Below are positions 55,758 through 64,000 of a stretch of DNA of 64,000 nt, in pieces. The notes beneath the pieces were generated by a model. It made no database searches, was not told the origin of the DNA, and was given only the letters and a program-made list of their open reading frames with translations. Position 1 is the first letter of the stretch; each line of letters opens with the position of its first letter. The translations under genes were made by a program, and so were the position numbers. The stretch is from the human T2T-CHM13v2.0 reference genome, Homo sapiens: NCBI RefSeq assembly GCF_009914755.1, contig NC_060931.1; one strand, written 5' to 3'.

Positions 55758-56317
55758 TGTCAGAGGCATTTGAACCAGAGCAACTCCATCTAGAATAGGA
55801 GTAAGGTAAAATAAGGCTGAAACCTACTGGGCTGCATTCTCAGACAGTTAAGAAATTCTAAGTCACAGAATGAGATACAAGGTTGGTACAAGATACAGGT
55901 CATAAAGACCTTGCTGATAAACAGGTTGTAGTAAAGAAGCCGGCCAAAACCCACCAAAACCAAGATGGTCACAAGAGTGATCTCTGGTCGTCCTCACTGC
56001 TACACACCCGCCAGCACCATTACAGTTGACAAATGCCATGGCAACATCAGGAAGTTACTTTGAAGGGTCTAAAAAGGGGAGGCATGAATTATCCACCCCT
56101 AGTTTAGCATACAATAACAAATAACCATAAAAATGGGCAACCAGCAGCCCTTGGGGCTGCTCTGTCTATGGAGTAGCCATTCTTTCATTCCTTTGCTTTC
56201 TTAATAAACTTGCTTTCACTTTGTAGTGAAATTAGTAATTTTTCTAATTAATTATTTCTTGCAGGAGATTCAAGAATGATCTCTTGGGGTCTGGATTGGG
56301 ACTCCTTTCCGGTAACA
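55758..56317 (+). mobile_element. MER41A solo LTR (ERV1)
   Basis: 560 bp TGTCAGAGGC...GGTAACA with perfect 4-bp TSD GGAA (55754-55757 / 56318-56321). Matches the recalled short MER41A form. Confidence 0.92.
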
Positions 56318-57196
56318 GGAATACAAGACAAATTCTTAATATTCAAGCCTTATTTTATAACTTTGCATAAAATTATTTAGATTTCCTCATATATGCTGAG
56401 TGGTTTTTTAACTAAATGTAAACCTTGGCATATTTTTAGTTTTGCTGGTATTGTTAACAAAATTTTATTCATATTAACATAATAACTGGTAATATTAAAA
56501 AGGAAAGTTAGAGGTTTAAAAAATATATATTTAGTATTTATTACATTGCTTTACTAGTTTCATTTCTAGTTGATGAATATTTATTACATATATAATCACC
56601 TTCAAATATTAATAGCTGATTTCTCTATATAAACATTTAATTTTTCATTATTAAATTAGTTCACTTTTAAAAATTTGTTGACTGACATAGTGAGAGAAGA
56701 ATTATGGTCTTCCTCCTCATTTTATTTGGAATGCATCCCCTATGCCCCTATATGTGTATTTTGATTTATTAAAAAAGCTTAAATTTTTTTCAATTAGTTT
56801 TTAATCACAAAAAACAGCAACTCTTGTTTTTATTTAAAACAAATAATTGTAGTAATATTGACCTGTTTTGGCTTTCTTGAAATAAACCCTATTGGGTCAA
56901 TAGATTTTTGTCCTTAGACATACTACTTGAATTTATTTCCTATTATTTTTGTCTGCTATTGTTGCATTTATATTCACATGTAAATTTTATTTTGGAAGCT
57001 ATGGTTATGAGGTATTGATATTGAGGTTTTCAATCTATGTAAAATGAATTGGAAAAACTCTCCCTTTTAATCTGCATTCTGAAATTTTGTTAAAATATAA
57101 AAACTACTTGTGCTCTTAAGAGTAAATGGAATTGCCACCAAGTTTAGTAGTTCTCTTACTACCTTTCTACATTTTCCCCCTTTGGCTAACTGAAAG

Positions 57197-57390
57197 CAGT
57201 GGTTCTCAAAATAGGATACTGGACAAGCAACATTAGGATCACCTGGAAGCTTGTTGGAAATGCAAATTCTCAGCCCCCGTCCCCAATCTCAGACCTACCA
57301 AACAGAAAACCCAGGTGTAGAGACCAGTAATCTGCATTTTAACAAGCCCCTTAGGTGATTCGAATTCATGCTTAAATTTAAGAACCACTA
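57197..57390. mobile_element. MER5A
   Basis: cagtggttctcaaa...cacctggaagcttgttggaaatgcaaattctcag...aatctgcattttaacaagc...agaaccacta. Confidence 0.92.
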
Positions 57391-60051
57391 TCTTAGATGT
57401 GCTACCGCTTGCTCTTCAGCAAATTTTAGCTATTTATATTTGGATGCAAAATGTTCCATTTCTTCTATATAAAAAATTATTGCCATATAAACACAGATGA
57501 TATACTTATTTAAATATTTTCCATAGCTGTGGCTATGTCTTTAAATTTATTATGCTGTGTATTTATTTCTTTCTGTTAAAAAAATATTTGTGCCGGTCTA
57601 TGTGTATTCTATTTGTCATTTTTTTAGGGGAGAAAAAAGCTTTGGGCTTTGTCTGTCATTATACTTCCGCTCTTTTTTTCCAAGTTGTTTTCTTTTTGTC
57701 AATTACATCTTAACTTTCTATTTGTCTTGTAGCTTTTTCCTAGTTCTTTCTTAATTTGACTATTGCTTATTTTTATCTTTTTAAAAAAATAACATCTTCA
57801 TGGCTATAATTTTGTCCTCCATATACAGTTTTGCCCATATGCATATTGGCTTTTGATAGAAAATCTTCATATATTTGTTAACTTGTAAATAATACTTTTT
57901 CCATTTTTATTTCCATTTTACCTAAAAAAAAATTTAAATGATGCTTATGGAAATTCTTAAATTTCTTAATTTTTTGGTGTTACTTGGTTTATTTTTATTT
58001 CCAAATTTATTTCATTGTCATCAAGGAAATTATCATTTAGACTCCTTACATATTTATTATTTATTATGGTATACAAAAATTCTTAAAATTATTTTCCTGC
58101 AACATTGGTTGATTATTTTATCTCATTTATCATTCTTAATGTTTACTATTTTGTTCTTTTACTTGTTTGCTGTAATCAAATTTCTAAGATGTTCTTTTTC
58201 ATAGCTCTTTTTCAAGAAATTCTTTCTAGATGCATCCATTATTGGTCTTATCGGGAAACACATCTCCACATTTTTATCTGTCTCTTTATATATATCTATA
58301 TGGTTATTATATATAATTGCCATTTATATATTTATGATAAATATCTATATAATATGTAAATAATTTAGATATATATACATATGTATACCTTCTGTATAGA
58401 GGATGACTATATCATAATTACAGCATTGTTAGTAATGAATTTTCTCTTAGTTTATATTATCTTTGTATCTAAATTTCTGCTATAAATATTAAATTCTTTT
58501 TTTGTTCTAGAAATGAAAGTTTATAAATCTTCTTCTGAGGATGCCTTTCACAATTTTACATTAGAATTGTATATTTCCTGTATAGTTTGCCATTTTTCCT
58601 TTTTATTTCAACTTTGATCCAATAATTAACCAGAAATGTTTTACAATTTTCAAATGTTAAGATTTTTAGACCAACTTTTTGCGTACTTGTAATATGACTG
58701 AATTATATGAGATCAATTTGCCTTTAAGATTTCTGCTTTTTTAAAAAAAACTGATTTTCCTTGTGGCCACATGTGTAATTGATTTTAATAAATTGTTCAT
58801 GGATATTCCAGAAAACACACATATTCCCTAAAGATGTAAATTTCTTGGTATCTTTTGAAAATCCACCAAGCCGCTAAGAAAAACCAAGAGGCTGTATCCA
58901 GATGTCTAAGTGAGAAACTCTACTCACCTGCTCAGCAATTTTATGGCTGTTGGAGACCAGAACACTCCTGTAGGTTCAGTATGTTTGGCTCTTGTGTTCC
59001 TCAGATCTGCTGCTTTCCAGTCCTTACACCTAGGACTCCATTTGCTTACTCAACCCACTTGGGGAGAAATCCCTGCCTGAAGTACCTCAGCTAAGGCTCT
59101 AACAAAGCCAAAACATACTAGCTCCCAGCTGCCCCTGGTCTCCAGCATCCATTTGAATCAGGAGAGTTGAAGCAATTGAACAAAGCAGATCACCTGCATG
59201 TCCCTATTTTCTTAGAAGCCTCCAAATATTCCCCTGGGAAAGCCCACAGGTGTGTGTGAAATGTGCTAGGATGTGTTCCCTGTGACCAACATGACCTAAC
59301 ACCATGTCCAACATAATGGTGACTTTTTTCAAAAATGTAGAAATACTCTGTAATTACATCAATTTTCTTAGCATATAGACTTTTTCTATCTCTAAATTTC
59401 TGTAGTACTTTAGGCTAGAATAACCTATAAAATCAATTATTTTTCCTTGCAGTTTTATCAATTACATATACCAAGTTTATTGAAGAATCTCTCCCTATGC
59501 ACTATATCATGTTATGTCTCTAAAGTCCCAGTTACTTTTTGCTCTGCAGTCCTCCTACATCATTTTGGAGGAAGGGGGCACAGCGTAGAGGGTAATGGTC
59601 TGCTCATTCTGAACTGAAATCCCTCAAAAAACCCTCTGTAAAGGTAGCTGACCTAAAATACAGGCAGTCTCTTTAGTATGCATTCAGGTTGGGCCTTAGT
59701 TCTGGGGTAAAAGCAATAATCTTATGCAACCTTCTATTACCTACAGCATATGCCCCTTAGAGGTAATGGGGTTTATACTATACAATTTATTTTTAGAAAA
59801 CTCAACTACTATTGTCAATTGAATTTTTTGTTACATCATGAATTTATTAAATTATTTCAAAAACTTGATGCATTGAAAATAAAATATTTAGCAGTTGCCT
59901 AATCACAATACTAAAGTCACTGAGATGTCAAAGCCTTGGATCTGAAACATTTGTGAACAGAGTTGTGATAGCAGCTATTTAGTGAAACTCCAGGATGTCA
60001 CTTGGCCCCTCTGGGCACTGGGCTATTTCTAACTTAAGCATCTTCAAATTA

Positions 60052-60202
60052 TTTCTTTTTTCTTTTCTTTTCTTTTTTTTACTTTTCTTTTCTCTTCTCT
60101 TTTCTTTTGTTTCTCCTTCCTTCCTTCCTCCCTTCCTCTCTTCCTCTCTTCTTCCCTCCCTTTCTCCCTCCCTTCCTTTTTGCCTTCCTCTCTTTTTCTT
60201 TC
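60052..60202. repeat. Polypyrimidine (CT-rich) low-complexity tract
   Basis: About 150 bp of (TTTTC)n, (CTTC)n and (CCCT)n with very few purines. Explains ORF 59995-60249. Confidence 0.92.
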
Positions 60203-61237
60203 ATTTAAGTGTGGAGAAACATTTATTCAATCTTCTGCCCATTTTGTAACTAGGTTATTAGATTTTTTTTTACTGTTTAATTGTGCTAATTACATATTTT
60301 GGCGATTAACCCTTGTGATGTAGTGAAATATTTATATTTAGTCTTTCTCCTCTTTTTCTTTTTTACTTTCTCCTCTCTTTTTTTATTGTTGTAAGAACAC
60401 AACATCAGAACTTAGGACTTAACATGAGATCTACCTTCTTAACAAAGTATAAAATACATTATTGTTGAGTATAGGTACAATGTTTTACAACATATCACTA
60501 GAGTTTATCCCTCTAGCTTTACTGAAACTTTATTTATGTCCGTTGATTAATAATTTTCCATTTCCCCCTCTTCCTAGCCCTGGTAGCCACAATTCCACTC
60601 TTCAGTTTTATGAATTTGACCATTTTATATACCTCATATAAATGCAATTATGAAGTAGTTGTCTTTCTGTGGTGGGTTTATTTCATCTAGGATAATGTCC
60701 TCAAGGTTCATCCTTTTAGTTGCATATTGCAAAACTTTCTTTTTTAAAAAACTGAATAACATTCAGTTGTATGTATAGACCACATCTTCTTTATCCATTC
60801 ATCTGTGGTTGAGCAGTTATATTGCTTCTATATCTTGGCTATAGCAAAGTGTGCTGCAATATACATGACAGTGTGAACATCTCTCTTCAAGATCCTGATT
60901 TCAATCCTTTTAGATAGTCAGGAGTGGAATTGATGAATTATACAACAGTTCTATTTTTCATTTTTTGAGAAACCTCCACATTGTATTGCATAGTGGCTAT
61001 ACCATTTTGCATCCCAACATTATGCAGGAGTCCCAATTTCTCCAAATCTTCACAATCACCTGTTGTTTCTGACAATAGCCATTCTAGCAGGTATGAGATG
61101 ATATCTCGTTGTGCTTTTGATGTGAATTTCCCTGATGATTAATAATATTGAGCATTTAGAAATATATACTGGTTCATTATTTGAATGTCTTCTTTGGAGA
61201 AAAGTTTGTTCAATTTTCTACCCATTTTGTAGCTAGG

Positions 61238-63484
61238 TGATACGGTATGGCTGTGTCCCCATCCAAATCTCACCTTGAATTTTAATAATCCCCACATGTC
61301 ATTGGAGGGACCCAGTGGAAGGTAACTGAATTATGGGAGCAGGTCTTTCCCGTCCTCTTCTCATGATAGTGAATAAGTCTCAGGAAAGCTGATGGTTGTA
61401 TAATGGAGAGTTCCCCTGCACACACTCTCTTGCCTGACACCATGTAAGATGTGGCTTTGTTCCTCCTTTTCTTTCTGCCATGATAGTGAGGCCTCTCCAG
61501 CCATGTGAATCTGTGAGTTTATTAACCCTATTTTTCTTTATAAATTACACAGTCTCAGGTATGTCTTTATTAGCATCATGGAAACAGATGAATACAGTAA
61601 ATTGGTACCAAGAGTGGCGTGCTGTTTTAAAGATACCCCAAAATGGAGACGTGACTTTGGAATAGAGTGACAGGCAGAAGATGGAACAGTTTGGAGGGCT
61701 CAGAAAAAGACAGAAAAATGTTGCAAAGTTTGGAACTTCCTAGAGACTTGGAGGGCTCAGAAGATAGTGATATGGACAATAAGATCCAGGCTGAGGTAGT
61801 CTCAGATGGAGATGAGAAACTTGGGAACTGGAGCAATGGTAACTCTTGCTATACAAAGAGATTGGTGGCATTTTGCCCCTGCCCTAGAGATCTGTGGGGC
61901 TTTGAACTTGAGAGAGATGATTTAGGATATCTGAGGAAAGAAATTTCTAAGTGGTAAAGCATTCAAGAGGAAGCAGAGCATAAAAGTTTGGAAAATTTGC
62001 AGCCTGACAATGCAATAGAAAATAAAAATCCATTTTCGGGGGAGAAATTCAAGCCTGCTGCAGAAATCTGCATAAGTAACAAGGAGCCCAATGTTATTCA
62101 CCAAGAAATGGGGAAACTGTCTCCAGAGCATGCGAGAGACATTGTGGCAGCCCCCCTCATCACAGGCCTGGGGGCCTTGGAGGAAAAAATGGTTTTATGG
62201 GCTGGGCCCAGGGCCCCCCTCATGTGTGCAGCCTATAGACTTGGTACCCCATGTCTCAGCTACTCCAGCTGTGGTTAAAAGGGACCAAGGTACAGCTCAG
62301 AATGTGGTTCCAGAGGGTGCAAGCCCCAAGCCTTGGCAGCAAGCTCTAAGCCTTGGCAGCTTCCACATGGTGTTGAGCCTGCAGGTACATAGAAGTCAAG
62401 AATTGAGGTTTGGAAACCTCCACCTAGATTTCAGAGGATGTATGGAAACATCTGGATATCCAGGAAGAAGTTTGCTACAGGGGTGGGGACCTCATGTAGA
62501 ACCTCTGCTAGCATGCAGAAGTGCATAAGGGAAATGTGGGGTTGGAGCCCCTACACAGAGTCCCCACTGGGACACTGCCTAGTGGAGCTGTGAGAAGAGG
62601 GCCACCATCCTCCACACCCCAGAATGGCAGATCCACTGGCAGCTTGCACCTTGCACTGGAAAAGTTGCAGACACTCAATGCCAGCCTGTGAAAGCAGCCA
62701 GGAGGGAAGATGTACCCTGCAAAGACACAGAGGTGGAGCTGTCCAAGGCCATGGAAGCCTATCTTTTGCATCAGTGTGACCTGGATGTGAGACATGGAGT
62801 AAAAGGAGATCATTTTGGAACTCGAAGGTTTAATGACTGCCCTATTTGATTTTGGACTTCCCTTTTGTTTTGGACGATTTCTCCCATTTGGAATGAGTGT
62901 ATTTACCCAATGTCTGTACCCCCATTGTATCTAGGAAGCAATTAACTTGCCTTTGATTTTACAGGCTCATAGGCAGAAGGGACTTGCCTTGTTTTAGATT
63001 AGACTTTGGACTATGGACTTTTGAGTTAATGCTGAAATGGGTTAATACTTTGGGGGACTGTTGAAAAGGCATGATTGTGTTTTGAAATGTGAGGATAGGA
63101 GATTTGGGAGGGACCAATAGTGGGAAGATATGGTTTGGCTGTGTCCCCACCCAAATCTCACCTTAAATTGTAATAATGGCCATGTGTTGTGGGAGGGACC
63201 CAGTGAGAGGTAACTGAATCACAGGGGCAGGTCTTTCCCATGCTGTTCTTGTGATAGTGAATAAGTGTCAGGAGAGCTGATGGTTTTATGAAGGGGAATT
63301 CTGCTGTACACGCTCTCTTGCCTGCCACCATGTAAGGCACGCCTTTGTTCCTCTTCTGCCTTCTGCCATGATTGGGAGGCCTCCCCAGCCATGTGAAACT
63401 GTGAGTCCACTAAACCTATTTTTCTTTATAAATTACGTAGTCTTGGGTCTGTCTTTATTAGCGGCATGAGAACAGAGTAATTCA
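61238..63484 (+). mobile_element. Complete THE1B-type MaLR provirus (5' LTR 61238-61596, internal 61597-63125, 3' LTR 63126-63484)
   Basis: Two 359-bp LTRs, internal region starting gtaaattggtacca, and perfect 5-bp TSD CTAGG (61233-61237 / 63485-63489). Internal ORF remnants (MDNKIQAEVVSDGDEKLGNWSNGNSCY...LVAFCPCPRDLW) are the MaLR gag-like remnant. Confidence 0.96.
63211..63221 (+). promoter_or_regulatory. DUX4-type motif TAACTGAATCA in the THE1B 3' LTR
   Basis: Matches TAAYBBAATCA. The equivalent 5' LTR site reads TAACTGAATTA. Motif match only; binding is not shown. Confidence 0.5.
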
Positions 63485-63547
63485 CTAGGTTATTCATTTT
63501 TTTACTATTTATTTGTGGAAATTACTTATACTTTGGAGATTAACTCT

Positions 63548-63652
63548 TGTAATGAAATATATATTTGGTTTTCCCTGTTTCTTGACAAAAAACTTCTAAA
63601 ATTCTTGAAATCTTCAAAGTGGTAAGTGCCATTTTGTCTGTTAATGAGTTGA
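63548..63652 (+). mobile_element. MER21-like LTR 5' fragment
   Basis: tgtaatgaaatatatatttggttttccctgtttcttgaca...cttctaaaattcttgaaatc...ttttgtctgttaatgag resembles the start of MER21 LTRs. Confidence 0.5.
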
Positions 63653-63654
63653 CA

Positions 63655-64000
63655 GAATTGAGTGAATTTTTTAGTTCAATTATTGTTTTCTTCCATTCCA
63701 TGATTTCTATTTGGTACCTTTTAATATTTTCTATCTTTTTGTTGAAATTCTCACTTTGTTTATGCGTTATTTTCTTGACCTCAATGAGTATCTTTATAAG
63801 AGTTATTTTAAATTATCTGTCAGATAAATCATACAACTCTGTTTTTTTTTTTTTTTAAGTTGGTTCTTGGTGGTTTAATTGGTCCACTGTTGGGAATATC
63901 CTTGTCTACTTTTTCATTTTTCTTGATTCTCTATGTTTATGTAATCTGCACATTAGACAAAACATTCACCTCTCCCTGTCTTCACAGACTAGCCTTGTAT
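63655..64000 (-). mobile_element. L1M ORF1-region fragment running off the window end
   Basis: gtgaattttttagttcaattattg...tttctatttggtacctt...gttgaaattctcactttg. Confidence 0.65.

Larger units (their letters stand above)
54560..58850 (-). mobile_element. Very old L1M (L1ME-like) fragments, split by MER41A and MER5A
   Basis: T-rich degenerate reverse-complement L1 (gatggatcaaagggtatgcacatttttaaattttaatagatac; aattaatttgggcagacttga). Boundaries uncertain. Confidence 0.6.
60370..63547 (-). mobile_element. L1MA (L1MA9-like) 3' end, interrupted by THE1B
   Basis: cttaacatgagatctaccttcttaacaaa...ctgaaacttta...ccctggtagccac is an L1MA 3' UTR. The L1 sequence continues at 63485 after the THE1 insertion. 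Confidence 0.85.

Noticed and set aside
57557-58400. Hydrophobic F/L/I-rich ORFs resembling membrane proteins
   Set aside because: Compositional artefact of T-rich antisense L1 and AT-rich low-complexity DNA.
61480-63410. Cluster of overlapping ORFs up to 145 aa
   Set aside because: They lie wholly within THE1B LTR and internal sequence; this is the known degenerate MaLR ORF.

Overview
This is primate (human-like) nuclear DNA: AT-rich, CpG-poor, with no CpG island and no protein-coding gene I can recognise. Much of it is recognisable interspersed repeat: 11 Alu-family SINEs (AluJ, AluS, AluY and one monomer), several L1s, L2 and MIR fragments, a near full-length Tigger1 carrying a nested LTR14C solo LTR and a truncated AluY, a MER41A solo LTR, a complete THE1B-type MaLR provirus, MLT1 elements and MER5A/MER20/MER91 DNA transposon fossils. 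The longer ORFs in the track are mostly Alu-, L1-, Tigger- or THE1-derived, and the rest look like chance ORFs. I did not find a convincing new biological system. The best leads are mutational scars readable from the sequence (a twin-primed L1, a tail-less L1 fragment insertion, two fold-back scars, an Alu/Tigger deletion junction, local duplications), some candidate exons on both strands, an E-box cluster, and a possible ancient hAT transposase remnant. Subfamily names come from recalled consensus sequences and need RepeatMasker/Dfam confirmation. Boundaries of the old elements are approximate.
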